Shown here piece by piece: positions 1 to 7,940 of a stretch of DNA of 22,482 bases. Each line of letters starts with the position of its first letter. Position 1 is the first letter of the stretch. This stretch comes from an uncultured virus (IMG/VR IMGVR_UViG_3300044707_000881) (taxonomy: Duplodnaviria > Heunggongvirae > Uroviricota > Caudoviricetes). The position numbers and the translations under genes are program-made. The notes under the pieces are model-generated. The model was not told where the DNA came from, ran no database searches, and saw only the letters and a program-made list of their open reading frames with translations. The DNA lies in the IMG/VR virus record IMGVR_UViG_3300044707_000881, one strand, 5' to 3'.

Positions 1-210
1 GCACTATGCAAGCGTTACGGATTCATGACTAAAAGTGGTAAACCTGATTACGTCAAATTAAACAAGCATTTAGAATCGCTCAAAATCCCTGATTACGCCT
101 GGGAGAATGTACCAAGCGTCCGCGACAATCAGGAGTTACGGCGTGATTATTTGGGTGAATTGGACAAGATGATTATGGATGATTCCCGTCAGCTTTGGTT
201 TGGGGAGTAG
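1..210 (+). CDS. Hypothetical protein, probably 5'-truncated by window edge
   Basis: Frame is open from base 1 through ATG 25 to the stop at 210; no recognisable motif. Confidence 0.55.
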   Translation, partial: ALCKRYGFMTKSGKPDYVKLNKHLESLKIPDYAWENVPSVRDNQELRRDYLGELDKMIMDDSRQLWFGE

Positions 211-212
211 TT

Positions 213-911
213 ATGACAGTAAGTGATTTGGTTTCATTTGTTGCTGGATGCAGAGACACCCGATTACTTCGGTGGCATGGGGTAAATACAAAAGTTACCT
301 GTTGTTGCGGTAAATTGTGTTCTGATGACTCTACCGCACTGGCAGCGCGTAATCTATCTATACACTGGCGCGGGTGCATTAAAGCAATGGAAGTCTTAAA
401 ATCCCACTACCCTACTTGGTTTAATCACTACAAGTATTTTTTTGAAAATACCAATCAAAATTCACGCAAAATGAGAGCTTTTTTCGCGGAGGAAAAAATG
501 GAAATAACGCCTATAACATTTAATTGCCCTAGTGAATATATATCTGGACTGTTTAATGTTTCAAAAACAGCAGGCAAAACAATTCCAGAATATTTAGTTG
601 AATGCGCTGCTGCTATAGCGCGGGCGGACAATGATTTTATCCCCATAGCTAAAGAGCATATTGAGACGACAGGAAAACGGGCAACAAATAGCAACGCAAT
701 ATCATTTGATCACGTGGCAGAACTGGCAAGGATTCAAGTTGATATCGTGAAGCTAATGGTAGCTATTGAGGAATCAGGGGATTCAATCAGCGCGTCTGAA
801 CGCCTTACCAGCATTATTGACGATCTGTTACGGGTGAAAATGATGATTATATTTTCGGAAACTATGGAAGGTTCTGGTTTCAGGATTTGTAACGACACAC
901 AAACCGAGTAG
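213..911 (+). CDS. Hypothetical protein; C-terminal part (from internal ATG 498) begins with a ribbon-helix-helix-like motif
   Basis: ATG 213 follows GGGGAG. A second in-frame ATG 498 is preceded by GGAGG. ITFNCPSEYISGLFNVSKTAGKTIPEYLVECA resembles CopG/Arc RHH pattern. Confidence 0.55.
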   Translation: MTVSDLVSFVAGCRDTRLLRWHGVNTKVTCCCGKLCSDDSTALAARNLSIHWRGCIKAMEVLKSHYPTWFNHYKYFFENTNQNSRKMRAFFAEEKMEITPITFNCPSEYISGLFNVSKTAGKTIPEYLVECAAAIARADNDFIPIAKEHIETTGKRATNSNAISFDHVAELARIQVDIVKLMVAIEESGDSISASERLTSIIDDLLRVKMMIIFSETMEGSGFRICNDTQTE

Positions 912-1638
912 CCGTCAACCAATACCCACCATACATAAACAACTCACTCATCCGCCCTTCGCCTAAATTGTGGAGGGCTTTGCCATTTTTAGGGTCAAGC
1001 AAAATTGCGGAGTGATGGGTTTGAGTTCCAGAAATACACATCAATATAATGTCATTAGCTTGCAGCGGCTCATCTTTATCCAGTTTCCTAAAACCCGCCT
1101 TCTCAAAATTACCCGCGAACATATCCCAATCGGGTGACGTGGTTTCCTCAATCCCATTACGCGGAAAGTCGGGTAAATCAATTCCTAGCATTCCTTTGTA
1201 ATAAGACCGCACCAGCGTATAACAATCACTGCGGTTGTAATCAAATTTCCACCCCAAGTAATAAGCCAATTCCTTCGGCATCCAGGGGTTAGAGATTAAC
1301 GGATAGGGGTAAATATCGTTAGGGTTGTAATAGTCCCATTCCCCAAAATCTGTATGATACAAGACGTATGGCAATTTTAACGCCTTGCTATTGGCTATAT
1401 CTTCACGGCTTAAAATGGCAGGTTGTGAGTCAAGGCAATGACTGTGATAAATTGCTACAGCGGAATCAGCGACTAGATCAAACTCGCTTTGTTCAATGAT
1501 GAAATTATGCTGTGGTTCATTTGCACAATTATTCATTTGCACAATTTCGTCATTGTTCAGAATCACGCCACAGATTTCTACGTCCGGCGTGGCGATCGCT
1601 TGCTCAATAATTTGGCGTTTAATTTGGGTAGTCAGCAT
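880..1638 (-). CDS. Phage tail-tip assembly protein K-like (JAB/MPN + NlpC/P60)
   Basis: JAMM motif E(ICG)...HSH...SxxD and NlpC motifs SDCYTLVRSYY, HHSAI, ALHN. ATG 1638 preferred over TTG 1671. Confidence 0.88.
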   Translation of the reverse strand: MLTTQIKRQIIEQAIATPDVEICGVILNNDEIVQMNNCANEPQHNFIIEQSEFDLVADSAVAIYHSHCLDSQPAILSREDIANSKALKLPYVLYHTDFGEWDYYNPNDIYPYPLISNPWMPKELAYYLGWKFDYNRSDCYTLVRSYYKGMLGIDLPDFPRNGIEETTSPDWDMFAGNFEKAGFRKLDKDEPLQANDIILMCISGTQTHHSAILLDPKNGKALHNLGEGRMSELFMYGGYWLTATRFVCRYKS

Positions 1639-1673
1639 TTTTGATGAGATAATTTTTAATATTGTTGACAAAT

Positions 1674-1698
1674 AAAAAACTCCTAATTTCTTAGGAGC
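1674..1698 (-). terminator. Rho-independent terminator
   Basis: Minus strand GCTCCTAA-GAAA-TTAGGAGT followed by a T-tract, downstream of the tRNA-like element. Confidence 0.75.
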
Positions 1699-1719
1699 AA
1701 AAGATTAGAATCCATCTAA

Positions 1720-1791
1720 CCGCAGGGGGAGGAATCGAACCATCCATAGAACGTAAACGCGCCGATGTCTTACCACTTAAACGACCCCGCG
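1720..1791 (-). ncRNA. tRNA-like RNA / pseudo-tRNA with non-canonical anticodon arm
   Basis: Acceptor CGCGGGG/CCCTGCG, D arm GTTT-AAGTGGTA-AGAC, T arm GGATGG-TTCGATT-CCTCC (one bulge). The anticodon arm does not form the 5-bp/7-nt structure; no encoded CCA. Confidence 0.7.
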
Positions 1792-1939
1792 AAACACCAT
1801 CCCTGATAACTTGCAAGGCATGAAGCCTATATGAAGTTAAACGAGTTCCGGTGTAAAAACATAATAGCACAATTTTAGTTCAAAAACATTGAACTACTCC
1901 GAAAACCCCTGTTAGCGATGGATTACAAGATTTTCTCTA

Positions 1940-1985
1940 CCGCCTTCTAAGCGGACGGTCGCTGGTTCGAGTCCAGCCGTACCCA
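1940..1985 (+). other. attP core: 3' half of tRNA-Arg(UCU)
   Basis: CCGC-CTTCTAA-GCGG anticodon arm (TCT), T arm GCTGG-TTCGAGT-CCAGC, acceptor 3' strand CGTACCC-A. No 5' half upstream; about 125 bp before the integrase start. Confidence 0.88.
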
Positions 1986-1992
1986 TCCCCTG

Positions 1993-2019
1993 AAAGTCTT
2001 GAGAAATCGAGACTTTTTT
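1993..2019 (+). terminator. Terminator for the reconstituted tRNA
   Basis: AAAGTCTTGA-GAAA-TCGAGACTTT hairpin with T-tract directly after the tRNA fragment. Confidence 0.75.
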
Positions 2020-2110
2020 ATTTATCTGTAGCACTTACACGCGCTTGGAATATTGTTTTATATTACTTTTTATCGCATCCTGAATAAATAATTTAGTTCA
2101 GGATTAGTTC

Positions 2111-3187
2111 ATGAAATGGACTTTGGAATCTGTCAACGAACGACTCAAAGCTGGAAGAATTGGCGTGAAAGTTTGTCAGAGAGGTGACAGGCTCTCGCTT
2201 CGGGCTACATTACCACCAAAACCCGGATCTAATAAAACCGCACCCTACCAACAATATTTAGCATTGGGAATTTACGCCAATACCGCAGGACTACAACGGG
2301 CTGAAGCTGAAGCCAAAATTGTCGGGGGACTATTGGCCACAAATTCATTTGATTGGGGGCGATACCTAGAACCCGAACCGACAAACGTGGGGACGTGCGG
2401 GTATTGGATTGATAAATTCAAGATTGAATATTTTGCGGCCAACGGCAACAACATCACCACCCAGCAAACCTGGAAGAATCATTATCAATCTTGCTTTGAC
2501 AGATTACCCCAAGATGAACCGCTTACCCGTGAAATTTTAATTGCAACTGCTATTCAGACAGAAGCCAACACATGGACCAGGCAGCGGACTTGTCAGAAAT
2601 TTGAACAATTAGCCAAATTAGCCGATGTGGCGTGTGACCTGAAAAAATATCATGGCAACTACGGAAGTAACAACCAAGTCATCAAACAACTGCCGACAGA
2701 AGAGGAAATTATTGCCAATAGAGAGAAAATCACAAACCCGTCTTGGCTGTGGGTATTTGGGGCGATCGCTTGCTACGGATTACGCCCCCATGAGGCGTTA
2801 TTTTGTGAAATTGAGCAAACAGCACCCTATCGGTGCAAAATCTTGGATGGCAAAACCGGATCTAGGCTGGCTTACCCATTACCTACAGAATGGGTAGCAG
2901 ACTGGCGACTATGGGAGATGAATAAGCCAAGCATCAAAACAGATGGCAGAACTTTTAAGGATATTGGCAACGTAATTTACAAAGCAATAAAACGATCTGG
3001 CGTAACTTTTGCACCCTATGATCTGCGCCACGCTTGGGCTGTTCGTGCAGCACTAAAATATAAAATCCCTACATCTGTGGCGGCGAAGTGGATGGGGCAT
3101 AGTGTAACCGTACACCTAAAAGAATACCAACGGCATATTACTGATGCAGATCATTTAGAAATATTTGAGAAATTCACAAATAGATAA
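2111..3187 (+). CDS. int: Tyrosine recombinase / phage integrase (cyanobacterial type)
   Basis: GLRPHEA (Arg), GKTG (Lys), YDLRHAWAVR, MGHS, HLKEY (Tyr). The N-terminal QRGDRLSLRATLPPKPG arm-binding motif is typical of cyanobacterial integrases. Confidence 0.95.
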   Translation: MKWTLESVNERLKAGRIGVKVCQRGDRLSLRATLPPKPGSNKTAPYQQYLALGIYANTAGLQRAEAEAKIVGGLLATNSFDWGRYLEPEPTNVGTCGYWIDKFKIEYFAANGNNITTQQTWKNHYQSCFDRLPQDEPLTREILIATAIQTEANTWTRQRTCQKFEQLAKLADVACDLKKYHGNYGSNNQVIKQLPTEEEIIANREKITNPSWLWVFGAIACYGLRPHEALFCEIEQTAPYRCKILDGKTGSRLAYPLPTEWVADWRLWEMNKPSIKTDGRTFKDIGNVIYKAIKRSGVTFAPYDLRHAWAVRAALKYKIPTSVAAKWMGHSVTVHLKEYQRHITDADHLEIFEKFTNR

Positions 3188-3221
3188 TTGTATAATTAGA
3201 GACGATGCAAAAAAAAACGAC

Positions 3222-3836
3222 ATGATTGTGGATATCACTCTTTTGCTGGCTAAATGCAAACAATTCCGCACAGAAGCCGAGATTCTAGTGGTGTGCGATA
3301 CTGATGAAACATTATTTGAATTAGTAAAAAAACAACATCAATTAATTCAGTCCCTAACTTCACCTGGAGAACGGTGGGAACGGATTGTTTTAAGATCGAA
3401 CGAAGGAGGCGAGAAAACCACTCTCTACCCTCCCAAATTCAATCAGCCTATCGCAATCAAACCTATGGTGCATTCTAGCATACTGGTAATTCCTGAAGCG
3501 GAAATTATCAGTGAGATCATGGAATACCCTAACCCCTCATCTTTGGTACGGCTTGAGGATGATAAGGGGATTTTCACCAATTCCCATACTCAGAAGAGTT
3601 CCGGGACTACCCCTAATAATTGGGTAGGAGCAAAAATGTCTAGCTACTGGATACCAGAAGAATTAGAACGGTACAAGCAACTGCTATTAAAAGAGAAAGA
3701 AGTAAGCAACTTTACCTATGCCGCTTACTTTTTTACTGGCGAGACGGCGCAATTTACCGTAGATGCTAAATTGGTAAATTTCAATGGCGACCTGTGCCGT
3801 TGGGTTCGCGTTGTTGATTGTCAGATAATCTCCTAG
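3222..3836 (+). CDS. PAS-domain protein (C-terminal PAS fold, unknown N-terminal domain)
   Basis: EYPNPSSLVRLEDDKGIFTN...SG.TP..WVG.KMSSYW.PEELERY.QLL.....VSNFTY.A...TGE...FTVDAKLVNFNG.LCRWVRVVD follows the PAS+PAC pattern. ATG 3222 preferred over TTG 3165. Confidence 0.72.
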   Translation: MIVDITLLLAKCKQFRTEAEILVVCDTDETLFELVKKQHQLIQSLTSPGERWERIVLRSNEGGEKTTLYPPKFNQPIAIKPMVHSSILVIPEAEIISEIMEYPNPSSLVRLEDDKGIFTNSHTQKSSGTTPNNWVGAKMSSYWIPEELERYKQLLLKEKEVSNFTYAAYFFTGETAQFTVDAKLVNFNGDLCRWVRVVDCQIIS

Positions 3837-4410
3837 TATTGCAATAATCAATTAATTCCTCCCGACTATCGAACTTTTCTCCGGTAGTCGGATTTTTTAG
3901 TGCCATAGACAAAAGCGAAATCAATGCTTCCGTCTCTTCAATGGATGCGGGTAAAATACCGTGCATCAGCGCGGTAAATTGCCCCTCATCAATTTTTCTT
4001 TTTTGGCAAAATTTCTCCGGTGTGATCCCAGTCGCTTCTAAATGTTGAATTATTAGACTGATCAGGCAATTTACATCTATCATTCGCTGTGCCTCTAAGT
4101 ATTCAGAGTATTTACCAGCTAGTAGGGAAATTAGCCGCTGTTGCTGAATTGGGTCTAATCCCAATGCCATGCCCAGTAAATCCTCCGCCGTCTTGGGTTT
4201 TGCTCCGCCCAACCCCAAGTATTGATCTAATTCAAAGCCTGGACGACAGCCCATAGCTAGACATAAATCAATGTATCTCTCTAACCCTGGGGAGACTTTT
4301 TCTGATTGCCATTCACTCAATGTCCCCTGACTGATTCCAGACTTTTTAGCGGCTTGATTCATGCTAGATGCACGACTACAAACCGATTTTATTAATTCAC
4401 CTAATCTCAT
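3781..4410 (-). CDS. CI-like Xre-family repressor, without S24 peptidase domain
   Basis: HTH SMNQAAKKSGISQGTLSEWQS, possible second HTH ITPEKFCQKRKIDEGQFTALMHG; divergent from the early operon. Confidence 0.8.
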   Translation of the reverse strand: MRLGELIKSVCSRASSMNQAAKKSGISQGTLSEWQSEKVSPGLERYIDLCLAMGCRPGFELDQYLGLGGAKPKTAEDLLGMALGLDPIQQQRLISLLAGKYSEYLEAQRMIDVNCLISLIIQHLEATGITPEKFCQKRKIDEGQFTALMHGILPASIEETEALISLLSMALKNPTTGEKFDSREELIDYCNTRRLSDNQQREPNGTGRH

Positions 4411-4458
4411 ATTTTTAAATTTAAAAAACTACTTCCCATATTCCCACCACCAAGCTAC

Positions 4459-4515
4459 GATAAAGGTATCGAAAGTTTGATAAAGGCATAGAAAACACGA
4501 TAAAGACATATAAAC
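4459..4515. promoter_or_regulatory. Three operator-like direct repeats in the lysis/lysogeny switch
   Basis: GATAAAGGTATCGAAA, GATAAAGGCATAGAAA, GATAAAGACATATAAA at 4459, 4479, 4499 (exact 20-bp period). Confidence 0.75.
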
Positions 4516-4516
4516 T

Positions 4517-4903
4517 ATGCAAAATAACAGTAACACAGCGGAAGGGGGAAAGCCTCTACCGCTAGACAGAGGGGAGGTTGTCACAATCTCAAGGGCTGAT
4601 TTTGATGCAGTCGTTGAAACGGCTGTATCTAAGGCGGTTGCAGAGTTTGAGGCTATGTTCATCCGCGCTATGGGCAAAGGGACGGGGAAGGGAGAAAGAT
4701 GGCTCAATACCGCAGCAGCAGCTGCGGTATTAGGGAAAAGACCAGACCAACTGCGGAGAATGGTCAGAGATGGAAGGCTTAGATTAAATTCTGAAGTACG
4801 GGACGACCGCCCCAAAAACGCCATCAATCCTGTTTATATTTTCGATGTCGAGAAATGCGAGAAACGACTTTTAACCCCTCCAGAAAAAAGAGGGAATAAA
4901 TGA
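4517..4903 (+). CDS. Excisionase/Cro-like DNA-binding protein (MerR/HTH_17-like)
   Basis: WLNTAAAAAVLGKRPDQLRRMVRDGRL; first gene of the rightward operon. Confidence 0.72.
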   Translation: MQNNSNTAEGGKPLPLDRGEVVTISRADFDAVVETAVSKAVAEFEAMFIRAMGKGTGKGERWLNTAAAAAVLGKRPDQLRRMVRDGRLRLNSEVRDDRPKNAINPVYIFDVEKCEKRLLTPPEKRGNK

Positions 4904-5121
4904 AATCTGTAAATCAGGAGTTGAATAAAAAGCAAAAGCGGCTTGGTTTTCTGTCTGGTGATGCGCTGTTTGGGGACTATCCCGGAAATGATGGAATAGA
5001 TCCAAATACTGACTACACAACATCATTGATCAGTGGGTTCTTGAGGCCTGTATCATCATTTTCTGATGCTCAAAAACGGCTGATTTATGAACAACTAATT
5101 AAATCAGGATTTACGCCATGA
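4900..5121 (+). CDS. Hypothetical protein
   Basis: ATGA overlap with neighbours on both ends. Confidence 0.65.
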   Translation: MKSVNQELNKKQKRLGFLSGDALFGDYPGNDGIDPNTDYTTSLISGFLRPVSSFSDAQKRLIYEQLIKSGFTP

Positions 5122-5300
5122 ATCCTGAGATTGAATGGGAACTTTTTGAGTTTGTCCAAACCGAAAAATCATGGAATGAGATTTGCCTCAAAATCAATGA
5201 GCCACTGCCATTAATTGCTATTGCACTCAAGCAATTAATGGACAACGGGAAGATAGTACAAACAGCGAAGGAAGACAATATTTATTATGCCAAGAAATAA
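5118..5300 (+). CDS. Small winged-helix-like protein
   Basis: KSWNEICLKINEPLPLIAIALKQLMDNGKIVQ fits the wHTH pattern; translationally coupled. Confidence 0.6.
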   Translation: MNPEIEWELFEFVQTEKSWNEICLKINEPLPLIAIALKQLMDNGKIVQTAKEDNIYYAKK

Positions 5301-5301
5301 C

Positions 5302-5574
5302 ATGATTAACGACAGAATAATAACTGAATTACGCAAGGGTGATATGTTTGCCCACGAAATTAAAGCAGCTCTGAATATTGGATACTCCGAACTTTGGGAA
5401 GCGATAAAGCAGCTAGAGTCAGAGGGGTTAATCCGCCGATATTTCCGTGAGACTCCGCCAAGCGCGACACTGTGCTACTGCTTATCGAGTAATCGAAAAG
5501 TGCCTTTATCGGTTCGATGGAATCAGGGGATAAAGCCTTGGACACCCGCAGCTAAACCAGCATTAAGACCATGA
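5302..5574 (+). CDS. Small winged-helix DNA-binding protein
   Basis: GDMFAHEIKAALNIGYSELWEAIKQLESEGLIRRY (ArsR/HxlR-like wHTH). Confidence 0.65.
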   Translation: MINDRIITELRKGDMFAHEIKAALNIGYSELWEAIKQLESEGLIRRYFRETPPSATLCYCLSSNRKVPLSVRWNQGIKPWTPAAKPALRP

Positions 5575-5681
5575 GTATAGGTGTTTATTTGTGGAGTTTA
5601 GGGATAACAGTTATTGCGATTGACGCAATACTATTATTCATTCTAGGAATCTTGTTTTTAATGTTAAATAGGAGCAAATAA
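5571..5681 (+). CDS. 36-aa single-pass membrane peptide (not in ORF track)
   Basis: MSIGVYLWSLGITVIAIDAILLFILGILFLMLNRSK*; ATGA overlap with the upstream stop. Confidence 0.6.
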   Translation: MSIGVYLWSLGITVIAIDAILLFILGILFLMLNRSK

Positions 5682-5720
5682 TGGGTGAGAAATCTGGGGA
5701 CTTCTGCCACCGTCATTTAG

Positions 5721-5978
5721 TTGGGGAAAGTGAATGCTGGGCATTACGCAATTTACGGCGGCGACGTGGTGAAGATTGTCGGTGGTGACAAAAAGGGAGA
5801 GTGGCAATTAGAGCGATCGCCAAATGTGAATCCGACTCACGATTTGCCTAATCATAAGCAATGGGTGAAAACATCGGCATTAACACAGCCACCTAAAGGA
5901 CATGAAACATGGACGGATGCAGACTTTAAAAAGCAAGGAAGGCGAGTTAATGGAAACACCTATTACTTTAAGGATTAG
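5721..5978 (+). CDS. Hypothetical protein (start uncertain)
   Basis: 85-aa ORF within the co-oriented operon. Confidence 0.5.
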   Translation: MGKVNAGHYAIYGGDVVKIVGGDKKGEWQLERSPNVNPTHDLPNHKQWVKTSALTQPPKGHETWTDADFKKQGRRVNGNTYYFKD

Positions 5979-6150
5979 CCGTAAACTTCAAGGCGGTATT
6001 TGCATTGAATGCCGTCAGTTTCGATGCTGCAAATATCAAACGGAATTGAATCAACTTGTCTGTGAAGGTTGCGTTCAGGCTTTAGGAAATCAATCTTTAC
6101 TTACGCTTATGTTTCCATATCCGTCAAGAAAAACAAGGAAGGCGAGTTAA
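5934..6150 (+). repeat. 17-bp direct repeat CAAGGAAGGCGAGTTAA bracketing the Zn-finger ORF
   Basis: Exact copies at 5934-5950 and 6134-6150. Confidence 0.85.
5950..6150 (+). CDS. Small Cys-rich, putative zinc-binding protein
   Basis: CIEC...CC...CEGC; ATG 5950 follows AAGGAAGG. Confidence 0.55.
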   Translation: METPITLRISRKLQGGICIECRQFRCCKYQTELNQLVCEGCVQALGNQSLLTLMFPYPSRKTRKAS

Positions 6151-6153
6151 ATT

Positions 6154-7284
6154 ATGTCAAGCCCGCAACAGGTTTTGGATTTTATCAAACGAAATAATGG
6201 TGTCGTCAAGTTGCGGGAATTAAGTCATTTCCCAGGACAATTACTTAATAGATTGGAGCGCAATCAATCTATTGAAGTAGTAAAACTTGATGGCGATTGG
6301 CAAGTACGTATTAATTCTGTATTTGACAAAAAGACAAGTGAATCACCTGCCACAATTAACGAAAAGAAACATCAATCTGAGTCGAAACATCAATCTGAGT
6401 CGAAACATCAATCTGAGTCGAAACATCAATCTAAGTCAACCCGTAAAGATTGCGCCCAAAAGCCAAGAACTCAGAAGAGGTTAACCAAAATCACTCCCCA
6501 GGTTGTTCCAAATCCGAAACCATTGCGACAAAGGAAGCCCATACAGAAGAAACCAACAACTTGTGCAAAACCCAAAAAAATAAGGATAAAACCAAAGCGT
6601 GGGTACGTATATTCTAGGGAGAAAATACTGAATCTTCTTGCAACGTCAGAAAAAGCACTGACCGCAAGAGAGATAGGAGAAAGTGGATTATGTGGGTACA
6701 AAACATCTGTCTACAAAACACTAAATCGGTTAATAGAGCTTGGCGATATTGTCGCCTCTTCTGATAAGGCTAAAAACAGAGTATTCATTGACAAGGACCG
6801 AGTTCATTTATTGCAAATTAAACGAACTGTCAGAGGGCGTGAATTTGCCCAGATGAACCGAAACAGGGTTTTAAGCTACATAAAAAAAGAAGGCAGGATA
6901 CTTGAAATTGCTGATGTAGTAACCGCAACAAATATCACAAAGAAAACAGCAATCAGGATAGTGATTTTTTGGGGAGAGGCAGGGGATCTCACTCTAATTA
7001 GAGACTCCGAAAGGGGGAATAGATTACATTTTGTACCATCAGAGAATGCTGAATTGGTAACAAAACTGATGCAATTAAACGAATTATCTACCGCCAATCA
7101 AGTTAGGAAAATCCTAGAATCTACCAATAGGGGCGTGTCTATTGGCGATGTGTTGGTAGCAATCGGCAAAGGACGGAGAAATGGCGGTTGCTACAAATAC
7201 ATTAAGAAATTATTCAAGCAATGGGGATGTAAGACTTATCGGCAAGGCTGCGGACTTTATTATTATCTTGACGGGAAAATATGA
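6154..7284 (+). CDS. Basic multi-winged-helix DNA-binding protein
   Basis: Several wHTH-like segments (ALTAREIGES...TSVYKTLNRLIELGDI; LEIADVVTATNITKKTAIRIV), Lys/Arg-rich linker. Confidence 0.65.
   Translation: MSSPQQVLDFIKRNNGVVKLRELSHFPGQLLNRLERNQSIEVVKLDGDWQVRINSVFDKKTSESPATINEKKHQSESKHQSESKHQSESKHQSKSTRKDCAQKPRTQKRLTKITPQVVPNPKPLRQRKPIQKKPTTCAKPKKIRIKPKRGYVYSREKILNLLATSEKALTAREIGESGLCGYKTSVYKTLNRLIELGDIVASSDKAKNRVFIDKDRVHLLQIKRTVRGREFAQMNRNRVLSYIKKEGRILEIADVVTATNITKKTAIRIVIFWGEAGDLTLIRDSERGNRLHFVPSENAELVTKLMQLNELSTANQVRKILESTNRGVSIGDVLVAIGKGRRNGGCYKYIKKLFKQWGCKTYRQGCGLYYYLDGKI
6367..6438 (+). repeat. 18-bp tandem repeat x4 (KHQSES)
   Basis: AAACATCAATCTGAGTCG x3 plus one variant copy. 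Confidence 0.95.
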
Positions 7285-7520
7285 ATAAAAGTTGTTTAAG
7301 TTGCGTGTGGTCGCAATTTGTCATTGAAAAGTATGACGGATTGTACAGCTATGAAGGTGACTGCCACCATTACGAACGTGGGTTCAATCCTCCCAACCCC
7401 GTTCATCACATCCGCAGCGATGATCAAGGGGAACTCAGAGAATTGGTAAAGCCGATTTTTGAGACTACGGCTAATAATTGTGAATATTACGAGCAAGCGG
7501 GAATAGGACAACCAAATTGA
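7281..7520 (+). CDS. Small Cys-containing hypothetical protein
   Basis: CLSCVWS...C...CEYY; ATGA overlap. Confidence 0.65.
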   Translation: MNKSCLSCVWSQFVIEKYDGLYSYEGDCHHYERGFNPPNPVHHIRSDDQGELRELVKPIFETTANNCEYYEQAGIGQPN

Positions 7521-7527
7521 GTTCAGG

Positions 7528-7551
7528 AACGGGTTAACAGCCCGTTTTTTT
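7528..7551 (+). terminator. Rho-independent terminator ending the early operon
   Basis: AACGGGTT-AAC-AGCCCGTT followed by a T-tract. Confidence 0.8.
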
Positions 7552-7592
7552 ATTTCTTATTGGTAAATCAATAACAGATATATAGATAGCTG

Positions 7593-7621
7593 TTGACAGA
7601 AAGACGGTAAGATGTTATCGT
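7593..7621 (+). promoter_or_regulatory. Sigma70-type promoter of replication operon
   Basis: TTGACA-17 bp-TATCGT with extended -10 TG. Confidence 0.7.
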
Positions 7622-7643
7622 ATTTATATTGAGTTAGGGATAG

Positions 7644-7850
7644 ATGAAAGTGAAATGCAAGCTACGAGAAATCATGGAAGAGAAGGAACTGACTCAGTTA
7701 GAGGTTGCCGGAAAAACTGGCTTGAGTCCTACCATAATCGGGCGTTTATACCACAATCGGTTTAGCCGATTGGACAACCAAACAGTTGCTAAATTGTGCG
7801 GTTTTTTTGGGCTGTCACTAGGCGAAATGTTCTACCTGACCAACGACTAA
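7644..7850 (+). CDS. Xre/Cro-type HTH transcriptional regulator
   Basis: KLREIMEEKELTQLEVAGKTGLSPTIIGRLYHN...LCGFFGLSLGEMF. Confidence 0.9.
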   Translation: MKVKCKLREIMEEKELTQLEVAGKTGLSPTIIGRLYHNRFSRLDNQTVAKLCGFFGLSLGEMFYLTND

Positions 7851-7940
7851 TAGACTGGTAATTCATCGGCGTGTTGCAGTGTTTTCGTGTGCCTATAGTT
7901 ATTGAAAAGTCAATAACTTAATTAACTTCCTGATAAATTC

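Larger units (their letters stand above)
1876..2111. promoter_or_regulatory. Putative integrase arm-type binding sites (TAGTTCA)
   Basis: TAGTTCA at 1876-1882, inverted at 1890-1896, direct pair at 2094-2100 and 2105-2111 (11-bp period). The sites flank the att core on both sides. Confidence 0.6.

Noticed and set aside
1720..1791. Assigning an isotype (e.g. Asn GTT or fMet) to the tRNA-like element
   Set aside because: No canonical anticodon stem or U33/purine-37 loop, so it cannot be assigned
1940..1985. Functional tRNA-Arg gene
   Set aside because: 5' acceptor strand and D arm are missing; interpreted as att core
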